A DNA stretch of 63,829 nucleotides, the filler included, from Octopus bimaculoides (Eukaryota), in the NCBI RefSeq assembly GCF_001194135.2. It is 5 parts of 4 records of this genome, joined end to end, with 100 filler letters (N's around TTAATTAATTAA, not from the genome) between each part and the next. Parts side by side here need not be neighbours in the genome. Positions count along the whole stretch, not along the records: positions 1 to 25,925 come from NC_068988.1; 4 more parts are not named here. One strand, given 5' to 3'. The position numbers were made by a program, and so were the translations under genes. The notes beneath the pieces were generated by a model. The model was not told the DNA's origin. It was given only the letters and a program-made list of their open reading frames with translations, and did no database searches. Shown in pieces: positions 12,961 to 25,925 of this stretch. The first letter of the stretch is position 1. Each line of letters starts with the position of its first letter.

Positions 12961-14754
12961 CCTTCTTAATGATGATAATAATAATAATGATGATGATGAT
13001 GGTAGTGATTGCTAACTTTGTCACAGGGCTACATACTAATAGAGGGGATTTATAGTTAATTCATCTCTTAGTACATTATTGGCAGTTAGTAAAATAACTC
13101 CACTAGGCTTTAAAATTAAGACCTATTATTGGTTATTAATTTAGACACAAGATTTATATCAAAGGATGTAGTTGATTTAATCAACCTTCATACTTGACTG
13201 GTTCATATTTTATCAGCCTCACAAGCATGAAAGACAATAGTAGTCATAGTCATAAGGATTACCTAAGTAACTCAAGGCCACAAATTTACTGAGTTAATTG
13301 AATCAATTCAGAACATGTTTCTAATTTTGGCACAAGAACAGCAATTTCGAAGAGAGAGGAGGCGAAAGACAATTACATCAACCTCAGTGCTCAACTGGTA
13401 CTAATTTTATCAACTTGGAAAGGACAAAGGACAAAGTAGACCCTGGCAGCATTTGAATTCGGAATGTAAAAAGCCACAAGAAATGCCACTAAGCCTTATA
13501 TCCTTCACAGTAATGATTCTGCCAACTCGCTCCTTAAATTAGAATTATATAATGATACAGATTTCTTGCATTAAATGCTGGATCAGAAATTAATTGCAGA
13601 GACACTATTAAGTTTCTTCTCACTCACTGATAATAATAATGATGATGATGACGAAGAGGAAAATAAACCTTTATATAGCCATGTTGCTTCAAATTCAAAG
13701 GGAACTGTTATGAGGTTGAAGCATCTATACTTTTGATGAATTAAGTAATTTAAATAAAGTTTTCATTATAATGCTTTTCCCTTGACATGAGCATACAGGT
13801 TATCAAAAGAACATTGCTTATTGAATAATAGTAAGTTTAATTCTGATCAATCACTACACCAATATGAATAATATTTTACATAAATACAAGACTACAAATC
13901 AGAGGCAAACTTTTTAACACCAGGGGAAAATTGCAAGTATAACAGAAACTGTAAGGTTGCATATGTACTGAGAAAAATAACAAATCTTTTTTTTTTAAAT
14001 TCATAGATATGCAATCTATATTAAGTTACAATTAGTCTTAGGCTTTTAAGCCATTTTTTTCTTCTTCTCATAGGTACAGGCTTAGCTGTGTAGGGAAAGA
14101 AGCTTGTTTTGTAATCATGGGGTTTTATGTTCAGACTAACTGTTAGACCTTGTGAGTAAATATGAAGATGGAAACTGTGTGGTATCCCATGATATATGTT
14201 TGTGTATTTGTCCCCCTACAGCTTGATAACTAGTGTTGGTTTGTTTACATCCCCATAGACTAATGGTTTAGCAAAAGATGCTGATAAATAAAATAGGTAC
14301 CAAACTTAAACTTAGGTACTGGGGTGGGGTGGGGTCAATCTAACTAAAATTCTTCTAGGTTGTTCCCCAGCATGGCTGCAGTCCAATGACTGAAACCAGT
14401 TAAAGCTAAAAGCCAGTATAAAAGTCAGTGGTGGTATTGAGAATTATTCTCACATAGATGTTGATGACAGTGATAATAGTAATTATAATACTATGTAGTA
14501 TTATGTAGTGACAGTTTTTGTTTCTTTTTACTATCCATTTTGGGCTACGGTGAGAACTTTTCTCATCACCATGGTAATTTTTTTTGATAGTCTCTCTTTC
14601 TCTCTCTCTTTCTTTCCCTTCATTACAACATTGGCAAGTATTTATATTCATTTTCTTACCTCAGAAAGTGCCAAAATACACTCACACATATACGTGTTAT
14701 ATGTATTTGATATCAATATGCAGTTATATATGTGTGTATGTATATATATATATA

Positions 14755-14992
14755 TATAGAAAGTTAAAGAAGTGATGTTTAAATTCTCAATCGCAGAATA
14801 ATGCTAATAATATAGCCTGAACAGGATAAACTATCCCTATTTTACAGAGAAAAGTGTAGGTGACTAGCTGTGGACTACACTTTTCACCTACACTTTTCTC
14901 TGCAAAATAGGGATAGTTTATCCTGTTCGGGCTATATTATTAGCATTATTCTGCGATTAAGAATTTAAACATCACTTCTTTAACTTTCTATA
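14755..14992. repeat. Near-perfect fold-back (109-bp arms, 20-nt loop), probable MITE
   Basis: Arms 14755-14863 and 14884-14992 are reverse complements with 3 mismatches seen; TA at both ends. Confidence 0.9.
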
Positions 14993-15068
14993 AAAAGACA
15001 TCTCAACGCTTCTAAAAGCAAGCTTCGCTTGTTTATTTACATTTGTTGTAATTTGTATTTAATATATG

Positions 15069-15101
<33 letters not shown>

Positions 15102-15129
15102 GCTCACATACGCATATCAGCCAGACTGT

Positions 15130-15380
15130 CAGATGTTGTTATACACCGCTGGTCACAATGTGCTTTCAATTCTTTCTTGGTTGTCACTTCTTTTCTGTCA
15201 TGACCCAAATTGTTTAACCAAATCATCTTCCCATTGTCAAGCAAGCCTTTTCCAGTCTCTTAGGTACCACTTGGAAATTGTACAGGTTCTCCTGTTGTCT
15301 GTGAATCCTGCAACATTTCCAGCTCAGTTGTTTTTGCTGATGATTCCAGGAAATATATGTTAGAGAACAGGTGGCAGATC
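15130..15380 (-). mobile_element. Degraded RTE-like LINE C-terminal fragment
   Basis: TDNRRTCTISKWYLRDWKR..*QWEDDLVK resembles the RTE DNRWTKRITEW.PR..KR.RGRP..RW.DDI motif. Confidence 0.5.
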
Positions 15381-15702
15381 CAAAGCTACATGTTTAGGTT
15401 AGTGGGGAGAAGGGAGTGGAAGAATTAACCTCAGCAACAAAAAAAGCTAATAGATAAAAGAATAAATTTTCCCTAACTCAACAAATCTATGTTGGCACTA
15501 TGTGAAATAAACTGTACATAAATGTGGTGGTGGTATGATGGTTATCAATGGTTGATAGTCATCAACATGAGAATGTGTTTATTGTAAGTATTAGTGGATT
15601 TAAATGGCTGAAGATAACTTTATTCAACAAAAAAAGTATCACTCCACTTCCTGTAAGGACAGCATTTGTTGATTTTGTGGTGAGGTGTGTATAATGTATT
15701 CT

Positions 15703-15843
15703 TGAAGTATTTACTAAGATATAAGCAGAAGTATTTACTAAGATATAAGCAGAAGTATTTACTAAGATATAAGCAGAAGTATTTACTAAGATATAAGCAG
15801 AAGTATTTACTAAGATATAAGCAGAAGTATTTACTAAGATATA
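15703..15843. repeat. 24-bp tandem repeat, about 6 copies
   Basis: Unit aagtatttactaagatataagcag, identical copies, no spacers. Confidence 0.95.
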
Positions 15844-18800
15844 GGCTTATAAGTACACTAACAACATCTGCATTCTATACACAAAATTTATAAGAGACAA
15901 AATTTATGAGAGTTTCACACAACATTTGTAAAGAGCATAAGAGACACTAAAGCAATTAAAACGATGCTTTAACATACTTAGAGCAAATAAATACAACATT
16001 TGGCCAGTAGGAATAAACAACAGCAATGATATACAAACAATACAATAGATCTATCATTGAGTGTACCATTAATTTCTCAGCAACAAACTTCAATAAACTA
16101 GGAAGAACATAACAGGTATTTGCAGAGCAGAGCAGCTACACAGCAAAATAAAAAAATATTAGGAATGGAAGATCAACTGGATATGCCGGGGGCACAACTT
16201 GTTGCTACAGCTAGCTCCAACTTCCTCAGTCTCAGCAACCAGAGGTAAAAAAGCACCTCTAAACACTTAGACACATATACAGCACCCCAGAGCACTACTA
16301 CAACATCCAAAAAATACTACCTCACCCTACTTTATGCAAAAAAACAAAAAAAAAACATAGAAATAGCTGCTATATCAACAGTCTTACTGACTTGAACACT
16401 GTCCTGGAGTGCATGCTACCAAGATTAAGTGTAGAGAACTGGCAACTTTTGGGCTCTGACTGAATTCATCTCCCCCATCTACTGTGGCCATCGCAAGGAT
16501 CTGTGAACAAACATAATTGATAGGGTATTGCAGAGAATGCATCATATCTAAATTGTCTCAGTGCACCCCGTATGATTTATCACTGCATGTTGGATTCTGT
16601 AGTATGATTCTCAGATGACCAGAGGCGTAATTGTATAAAGTGGAAAGATGCAATCATGTGTCACATTTCATTATTCCGCCAACTACTTACTTGCGAAAGG
16701 TTTGCTGGATCAGGTGTGACTTGAGGTTACACAGCAACAAAAATGACAACCCTGGAAGGAAATTCTATAACCTCTTGTTTTTTCAGCAGGGTTTATTTTC
16801 TGGTACTACAATTGAATATGATTAATGTTCTTTTTGGATGGTGAAAAATACACCTACTTGTCAGGTAGATAGAAGAATCTTCAAGCACATTTGTACAAAA
16901 CATATATAAAATAAAGGTAAAGTAACAGGGGTTATTAACACTGGGATATCACATTCATATAATTTATTATTGTTACGAAATGCTAAGTATCATACAATAT
17001 GATATAAGGTACTGCTTAGATGAATTTATTATTTAGTTTCAAATTAATATTGGTAAAGTATCTTAATTCTCTTGGATTGTTAATAAACTAAGAAATACCT
17101 GAATAACACAATTTACCATTTTCACTTCCTAAAAATATATTGTAGTTGTATTTGTTATTCAGAAACTGTTCTGACGTATGCAGTTTAAAGTCAAAATAGT
17201 GAGTCATATTATTTAGTCAATTTCGCAGTTTGGCACTAGAAAACTAATCCTTTCTATTTGTTTTGTTTTGTTTTATTTGTTTTGTTTTTTCTTTTGTTTG
17301 TTTTTGTACATGTTATACATTCATTCAACAGATGGGAGTTGAGTTCAACATATGGAAGATTTGAACCAGAAAACTTGTTACTGTACAAGTATCAAGTTTA
17401 CAGCTGCTAATCACTACACCACTTTGACAGTCCTATTATATGTTATGTGTATTTATTTATTCATCAGTGTAGTTTACACTATCATTGCAGCAACACGTGA
17501 ACTAAAACACAATGCACCACACCGTACATTCCAAACAACATACATAGCTGGAATACCGCAAATTATTGATCTCCCTTCCAACATTGTAACATGCAAAATA
17601 AAGAAAGAAAAGACAAGGCAAAATCCTTTTACTATACCAGCAAACGTTACCAAGTTACTATGAACTACACTAATATCGTACCCAGTACCGTACCTAGCTA
17701 TGTTACACCGTACTGCTCTGCAATACTCAGTAGATTGCACCACACCCATGATACAAACTGTGGAACAACTCCTCACTTTTGATACATAGTTATGCTTTAC
17801 AAGTTTAGTATGAATTTAAAGATAAAATAGAAAAAAAATAAGAGAAACATTTCCTGGACATTTGTCAAGCTGAATCAATCAACGGAGAAGCGATTTTGAT
17901 GGAATGTGTACCGAGTAAACCTTGTTAAACCGCACACGTTTTGTTTTAGCTTTGTTACATGTTCAAATATGTATCCCATAATAATACAGTGGTTGTAAAA
18001 AGTGGAGATCATACAGTCTCTTGTTTGATGTGTGTTAAATTTACAGATACGAGGTGGAAATAGAAAAAAAGAATTAGAAAGAGAGGAAATAGGTAACAGC
18101 TTCTGTGTGTGTGACGGTCTGGGAATGAATAAACTATTGATTATTTTATATTATTTTAGATTTTCTTGTTAATTGGAGTAAGGAATAGTATGGCTAGACA
18201 AGGGAGTCAGATATACGTAGGTAATGTTAGGATGTACAACAGGAGTAAAAGCTACACATTGGTTTTGGTGGGTGTTTATTTTGTTTTTTAGACGTTTATA
18301 GTGAATTGCGGTGAGGAAGAAGTAAGAGAATTAAGCTGGGTAACTGCCAAGGGCAGAGAAAGATGGGTAGGTTAATGAATGAATGAGCTGTAAAACCTGA
18401 CTAGGAAAAAGGACATGGTAACTTGTGAATGGACTAAAAGAAGAGAAAAAAAATGTGAATATGTTTGTTTTGTTAAAAGGGCTTTTTTTTAATACTTATT
18501 TTAGTTCTGTACTAGTTCAAGGTGGAATGGTGGGAGAACTGTAATAAATTATTCATTAAGTCACACATAACTTATGTAGTTCTAGACAAACTACCCTTCT
18601 TTTTTTTTTTTCTTACTCTGCTGGATTTTTTTTAATATTATTAATTTATTTATTTATTGTTAGATAGCGCCTGCATTTCTGTCTGCCTACACAGATATGT
18701 TTTCTATGTCTGTCCATTTCAATTTTTTTACGACACCCCTTTTCCCATCTCACTCTACGTAATTAGCTATAGACACTCTGTTCAATGCCAAATTCTGATT

Positions 18801-19386
18801 GTTTCCAAATCTCTGGAAGGAATAGTATCGATCTTAAAGGTGTACCTTCATTTAACTCACACAAATATCATTATGCATATGTGCATGCTTGCACATATAA
18901 ATAATATTTCTTATTTATATTAGCAAAAGGTTCACCTTTGCCCTTTCAAAATGTACTTTGATTTTCTCATAGTGAGGGTACTGATGAATTCATTGCTGGG
19001 TGACAGCCAGATGTAGAAGTGGGTCACATAGAATATGCTTTGAGATGTTGTGATGTAAGATGATATTATTATTAATAATAATTCTTTCTTATTCTGGCAC
19101 AAGGCCAGCAATTTTAAGCGGAAGGCATACTCGATTGCATCGACCCAATGCTCAACTGGTACTTATTTTATCATAAAGACAGACAAAATGCTGCTGAGCA
19201 TTCTACTCGGTGTGGTAACGATCATGCCAGCGTACCACCGAGATAATAATAATAATAATTAATTCGTTTTATTGGCCACAAGGGCTAATATCAATCAAAA
19301 ACATGTAAGGACAAAGACAGGACGAAGGTTACATAGGGTGGTCCGCAAATGTAGTACTAGAGGTCTGTAAACTAACTTCAAAATTT

Positions 19387-19422
<36 letters not shown>

Positions 19423-21269
19423 TAAGGATAAGCATATTAAAAGGGATCCGTGGGAAAACTCATTTAAATAAAAGGGGTCCTTGGTAGTGAAAAGGTTGGG
19501 ATTTACCAGCCTAGTGTAAGGCAAGTTAAAGAGAATTCTGAACAGTTTAATTCGGTGTTGTGTAAAATAGGTATCTCTAGCTAGGACAAACGTAATTCGG
19601 TGAATGGCTGATATGAAGCGTTAGGTTATGTTTTGGGGGAACTAGGGCTTGTGGCTAATGTTGGGAATAGAACTACCCAAAGAAAAGCTTACAAGGGCAT
19701 CTGCACTCTAAAAGATATAGCCTTGGTTGTTGGTGATAATTTAAGCATAGATAAACAAACCTAATAATAATTGACATAATGTCAATGTTTGTATGTTGTT
19801 TAGGCTGGCTAATGGTACATAATTTAATCTCCGCAGTAACATGTCTTATGCTTACAATGTCCAAAACATTGCTTTTTACACACATTCTTGGGATGAAACT
19901 CTCTTCAGTTTCTGTGTTTGAAGACTCAACTTTGGATTGAGAGCTCCCAAATGAAGCCTTAATTTATGGTGGCCTTGTATCAAAATTAGAATGAATTGTG
20001 TTCTGAATTGATTTAATTCACTCAATGGATTTGTGGCCTTGAGTTACTGTAAGAAACCCTAATGACTCTTACCACTATTTGAGCTAGCTTTTACTATTAA
20101 ATATTCTTAGGCATTAACATTGTTTTCTCTGCAGTGATGTATAACGAATCTCTTCACAGTGTAAGAACAGCAATTAGGTTTGGTACTTACAGGTTTAACA
20201 ATCAAAGATCTAGGTTACAGAAACCTTAGTATAGACTTCCAAGTTTTAACAGCTTTTTTTTTCCTTCCCCACCCCCACACCATCTTTGCTTGATTTTAGA
20301 AGAATGAGGATTAAATACTTTCAACTTAGTCAAAGAGAAGAGAAACAATCACCTGTAACCCTGGGCAGGAATTAATAAAAGAAACCCATTTGAATTAATT
20401 CTAGATTACATGTGATTATTCCTGTCTGAGAAGATATATACCATTTCAATACATCTCTCTCTTTGCTGTTAAGAATTTCACCATTCTCGGGATTTACTAA
20501 TCCATATTGATTCCTCTATTCCTAGGATATACTAATCTATATTGATATCCCTGTTACTAGAAAATAATAATCTATATTAAGCTAAAATCTAATTCATTTT
20601 CTAAATCCTGTCTGTATTTTGCATTTGTTGCCACATTTATGTATATTTGTTATTGTTCTCATTTTTTGCTGTTTGTAATAATAATAATATGGTATAGCTG
20701 CTATTGTTGTCTCTATAGTTTTCCTTGTTGATATGTTCTGCTGAGTCTGGTGACAGCTATTCCTGCTGCTGCTGCTGCTTATGTTGCTGACAAAAGTTTT
20801 TATCAAACATTTTCCAGGCCTCATTTCCTGACCCTTGATATGGTTATTTCTAGAACATGTAAAATATAAATGGTCGACTGTGGCAAAATGCCTATTGTTT
20901 CTTTTTCTTCACCATTCCCCCCCCCCACCGTNNNNNNNNNNATTGTTTCTTTTTCTTCACCATTCCCCCCCCCCACCGTCTCTATCTCCAACCCTTTGAC
21001 TATAACACTCCAATGATATGCACTGCCCAACCATAACTGCAGGGTTCAGCAACAAATATAGCTGGCCCATGTGCCAGCACTGTACAGATTTGATAGTCTG
21101 CCAACTGGGCTAAAATACGCTTCTCTAAATTTTTCTTTTCTTTTCTATATATCATAGGTGGGCGTTGGGTTTCATCTCTCATTTATTCATTTTATGTCAT
21201 TTCATTTTCATTCATTGTGTTGTCCAGCCGGAAAGCTACTCTATGTACTGCCTTTATGGCAAATAAAAT

Positions 21270-21650
21270 GAAATAGAGTAGCTTGTTTACCAACCACATG
21301 GTTCTGGGTTCAGTCCCGCTGCAAGGCACCTTGGGCAAGTGTCTTCTACTATACCTTTGGGATGACCAAAGCCTTGTGAGTGGATTTGGTAGATGGAAAC
21401 TGAAAGAAGCCTGTCGTATATATATGTGTGTGTGTGTGTGTATATGTTTGTGTATCTGTATTTGTCACCCCGCCATCGCTTGACAACCAATGTTGGTGTG
21501 TTCACATCCCTGTAACTTAGTGGTTCGGCAAAAGAGGCCAATAGAATAAGTACTAGGATTACAAAGAGTAAGTCCTTTAGTCGATTTATTCGACTAAAGG
21601 TGGTGCTCCGACATGGCCACTGTCAAATGACTGAAACAAATGAAAGAATC
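21270..21650 (+). mobile_element. Second tRNA-derived SINE family with internal (TG)n; other copies near 14070-14400, 22550, 24000, 43350, 47280, 51560
   Basis: ggttc(t)gggttcagtccc B-box-like head, gatggaaactgaaagaagcc core and ccccagcatggc...aatgactgaaac tail recur across the window. Confidence 0.8.
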
Positions 21651-21676
21651 AAAGAATATTATTACATAATGTAAAT

Positions 21677-21989
21677 GTGCATACCCGTCAGAGTGTAAGT
21701 ATCTTGAGAGAAAAGCTGAACATAAGAAGCGTCAGTTGTGGTGTGCAAGAGAGACGATTGCGCTGGTTTGGACATGTGAGAATGAATGAGGATAGTCGCG
21801 TGAAAAAGTGCCACTCCCTAACAGTTGAGGGAACCCGTAGAAGAGGTAGGCCCAGGAAGACCTGGGCTGAGGTGGTGAGGCAAGACCTTCGAACATTGGG
21901 TCTCACCGAGGCGATGACTACTGACCGAGACCTTTGGAAATGTGCTGTGCATGAGAAGACCCGGTAAGCCAAGTGAGATCGTTGCCAGT
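21677..21989 (+). mobile_element. RTE-clade LINE 3' fragment (end of RT ORF)
   Basis: LREKLNIRSVSCGVQERRLRWFGHVRMNEDSRVKKCHSLTVEGTRRRGRPRKTWAEVV is a typical RTE C-terminus; runs into an N gap. Confidence 0.9.
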
Positions 21990-22509
21990 NNNNNNNNNNN
22001 NNNNNNNNNNNNNNNNNNNNNNNNNNNNNNNNNNNNNNNNNNNNNNNNNNNNNNNNNNNNNNNNNNNNNNNNNNNNNNNNNNNNNNNNNNNNNNNNNNNN
22101 NNNNNNNNNNNNNNNNNNNNNNNNNNNNNNNNNNNNNNNNNNNNNNNNNNNNNNNNNNNNNNNNNNNNNNNNNNNNNNNNNNNNNNNNNNNNNNNNNNNN
22201 NNNNNNNNNNNNNNNNNNNNNNNNNNNNNNNNNNNNNNNNNNNNNNNNNNNNNNNNNNNNNNNNNNNNNNNNNNNNNNNNNNNNNNNNNNNNNNNNNNNN
22301 NNNNNNNNNNNNNNNNNNNNNNNNNNNNNNNNNNNNNNNNNNNNNNNNNNNNNNNNNNNNNNNNNNNNNNNNNNNNNNNNNNNNNNNNNNNNNNNNNNNN
22401 NNNNNNNNNNNNNNNNNNNNNNNNNNNNNNNNNNNNNNNNNNNNNNNNNNNNNNNNNNNNNNNNNNNNNNNNNNNNNNNNNNNNNNNNNNNNNNNNNNNN
22501 NNNNNNNNN

Positions 22510-22550
<41 letters not shown>

Positions 22551-22839
22551 TGCAACAGGCTTCTACAGTTTCTGTATACTTAATCCCTTCACAAGGCATT
22601 TATCAACTCAGGATTATAGTAGAGGACACATGTCCAAGGTACAACACAGTGGGACTGAGCCCAAAACCATGTGATGACAAACACACAATCATGTCTGTGC
22701 CTGTGTATGTAGACATTTAACATAATCAGGTCAGAATGTTTCCATTAATATTTCTGTCATTGAGACACTTAAATTCTTTTACCAATCTTTTCCACCCTTC
22801 TCAGTCTTGGACTTTCAACCCATCCAGTATATATTTAAC

Positions 22840-23046
22840 CAGGGCTGTGGAGTCGAAACACAGCACCTCTGACTCCGACTCCTCTTTATGTAATTGATTG
22901 TGGTCTACATATCTTGTAAAGCATATGCATACGCTTGTACTTTGAGTAGGCCTATATGTTATAACTGGTTTATATTAAAGAACAAAGGTATTGTGAGTCA
23001 GAGTCAGTATAGTTTTACCGACTCCGTCTCCAACTCCACAGCCCTG
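22840..23046. mobile_element. hAT-type MITE, copy 2
   Basis: Same TIRs and body as copy 1; perfect 8-bp TSD tatttaac. Confidence 0.9.
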
Positions 23047-23053
23047 TATTTAA

Positions 23054-23265
23054 CCCTTTAGCATTCATATTACTCTTTCAAATGTAATGCTTATTTATTC
23101 ACACAGTTTTGAATTAACCATGCTCGAATCTCATAGCTTTGAGATTTCAGTGACGTGATTGTACATTTTTAGTGACATTGTATGGTAGGTGTGGGTGGTC
23201 AGATTCGGCTAGTCTGAACATAGAAAATATTTAGGCCAGATAATGCCAGTTTAAATGCTTAAGAG
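23054..23265. mobile_element. piggyBac-like MITE; further copies near 25272-25491, 35448-35646 and 37704-37859
   Basis: TTAA|CCCTTTAGCATT ... AATGCTAAAGGG|TTAA termini shared, with decay, by four copies. Confidence 0.8.
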
Positions 23266-24735
23266 TTAAATATTGGTATAGCTTCCATTCAAGTGCTTCA
23301 TTCAAGCTTGGTAAACCTAGTGGTGCCCATCTCCCTAACATATGGATATCATTGACTCTTAAGGAGCTCATCTGCCTTTAACAGTTTTTATATTTTTTTT
23401 TATTTATCCTTCTGGTTGCCCACAATCTTTACTTATTGAACTAGTCCCTTCATGGACAAACAGTGGGCCATGGGACCTTCTTTCGAATGGCATGCTTAAT
23501 GAAGAATCAAATTTTTTTTTAGTAGTGCAGCCTACCTGATAATGAGCTATGTCTCATGTGGCCCACTTCTCACAAAGGCTAGTCATGCTTGGGCTTGTCC
23601 AATACGAGTTGGCTTAATCACCAACCACTCAACTACAAGCAGATAATACTAGATCATGTCACACCATAGTAGAATTGGTACTGACCATGTGTGCATTTAA
23701 CAATTTATGGAATATTTGAAACTTGTAACTGACAATTATTGGTGCAATGCATTTTTAAGAGTAAGAATGGTAATGAACAGTAACTTTGTGAAATTTATTG
23801 GAAGAAAACTATGAAAGATATAAACATGCATGTGTTTGTGTGAGTGTATGCACATACATATCCACAACATGAATGGCATTACCTCACGGGAAGCCATCTG
23901 CATGCAAAATATGCATACAGTATGATCTTGCATAATTTATTGTATTATAGATGTAAGAGCTTATCATATCATATCATATATCTATCTATAGATAGATAGA
24001 TAGATAGTAAAATTCTACACAGTTTCTATTTACCAAATTTCACTCATAACATATTGTTTAATCCAAGGCTTTGATAAGACACTTGCCTAAAATGCTGCAC
24101 AATGGGATTGAACCCCAAAATCTTGTAGTTCCTCAGCAAATTTCTTAACCACATGCCATGCACTTTTTGTGTTAGCTGCTAATAAAATTAGTAACAGTAT
24201 TATACTGAGATTGATTCACTTGATCAGGTAAACAAACCTTTTGCAGCTATGAGATCCTTGCTGATTTCACTTGACACAATACAAACTTAAATCTCAACTG
24301 TTCTTGATTCATTTATGCCTCCACACCTCTTTTGTATCAAACAGCCGATGATGCAGCTGATGGGTGGCTGCTGATCAGCAGTCCAAATGGTCAATGGTTT
24401 GTAGTTGCTCCCCCTTACTTGGCACTTACTTGCTAATAATTTAAATTACTTCATTGTAAATAGCTTTCAGGTGAATGTTTTGCTTCACTGTGAAAACATT
24501 ATTTTGACTAATAAGAATGCGAGCTCACATAGTTACTCAATTTTCAGTTGGGAGGAATATGAAGGATGCAGAGGGGCTGGCACGGGACTGCCAGCAATGG
24601 AGAACAATGGTGGACTTGGTCAGCTCTATGCATGATGATGTCTCTAGGGACCACTTCCCTAGGATGAACCCAGCCCCATCAAGCAAGAGCATGAAGCAGC
24701 AAACAAGGAATATAAAATCCTGCAACCATCTAGAA

Positions 24736-25047
24736 CAGAAGTTCTCTAACTTTTTGGGCCACTTCCCCACTCATGGTCACATAACACCCTCATCGCCCCC
24801 GCCTCTATATTTTATGTGTAAATAAATATTTTATATTTTACTAATTTATATATACTATGAATCATTTGATATTAATATAATATTATATAATTTGTATACT
24901 ATACTATGATAATAATATAAATTCATTGTGTTCCCCAATCCACTGCTTTCCTCCCAATGCCTCCTTTTTCTCCACCACCCTGCACCACCCCCTTAGACAG
25001 CAGAGCCAACTTGGACCCTCTCAACATGCCTACTTTGAGAACCTATG
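24736..25047. mobile_element. hAT/Charlie-like MITE
   Basis: Ends CAGAAGTTCTC.../...GAGAACCTATG; perfect 8-bp TSD atctagaa (NTCTAGAN type). Confidence 0.8.
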
Positions 25048-25549
25048 ATCTAGAATATGAGAACCTCTTGCTATAGTTCAGTCATTTACCAAATTCTTAC
25101 ATTACAAGTTATTTTTTGATGTTACAGACTATTATTTAACAGTAAAGAGAATTGGTAAAATGTGTCTGCAGATTGACAATATGCTCACTGGATTCAGCAG
25201 CTCATCTTGTGACCAGATTGTTATTGAAAATTTTATTGTTATAGAGTTTATGAGTCTACTACTTACTTCAACCCTTTTGCATTTGGATTACTCTGTCAAA
25301 TGTAATTCTTATTTATCCACATTGTTTTAAATTAATCATGTATTATCTCTTAACTTTGAGATTTCAATGATGTAATTGTTTATTTTTAGAATAACATTGT
25401 AAGGAAGGTATGAGAGGCTGGATCTGGATAGTTTGAACATAAAACAGGAAGAATGTGTGAGCTGGATATGGCTGGTTTGAATGTTAAAGAATTAAGACAA
25501 ATGGACATAACAGAATAATAACTGTCTGATAATAATAAAAAACAATCAT

Positions 25550-25925
25550 CATCATCATCATCATCGTTTAACGTCCGCTTTCCATGCTAGCATGGGTTGG
25601 ACAATTTGACTGAGGACTGGTGAAACCGGATGGCAACACCAGGCTCCAATCTAATTTGGCAGAGTTTCTACAGCTGGATGCCCTTTCTAACGCCAACCAC
25701 TCAGAGAGTGTAGTGGGTGCTTTTACGTGTCACCTGCACGAAAACGGCCATGCTCGAAATGGTGTCTTTTACGTGCCACCCTTACAAGATCCAGTCCAGG
25801 GGCACTGGCAACGATCTCGCTCGAAAACCCTACAAAGGCCAGTCAGGCGGCACTGGCAACGGTCACGCTCAAGATGGTACATCTTATGTGCCACCCGCAC
25901 AAGAGCCAGTCCAGGGGCACTGGCA
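25550..25925 (-). mobile_element. RTE-type 3'-tail repeat; further copies near 7445-7600(+), 26450-26610(-), 31360-31610(+), 41765-42000(-)
   Basis: Shared catcatcgtttaacgtccgctttccatgc...ctggatgccc...gccaaccact consensus with a (CAT/GAT)n tail. Confidence 0.8.

Noticed and set aside
15703-15843. CRISPR-like appearance of the 24-bp repeats
   Set aside because: No spacers, no cas genes, and eukaryotic context.
17331-17410. Apparent plus-strand exon WELSSTYGRFEPENLLLY after a strong T-tract
   Set aside because: The reverse complement is a decayed tRNA-SINE head (gtggtgtagtgattagc...ggttcaaatc).
19852-19958. Minus-strand open frame ASFGSSQSKVESSNTETEESFIPRMCVKSNVLDI with a GTAAGC donor, plus other micro-exon candidates near 13.8k, 18.05k, 18.97k, 20.13k, 24.35k, 26.37k and 27.1-27.3k
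   Set aside because: Weak or unpaired splice sites, no recognisable homology, and no consistent exon chain; expected by chance.
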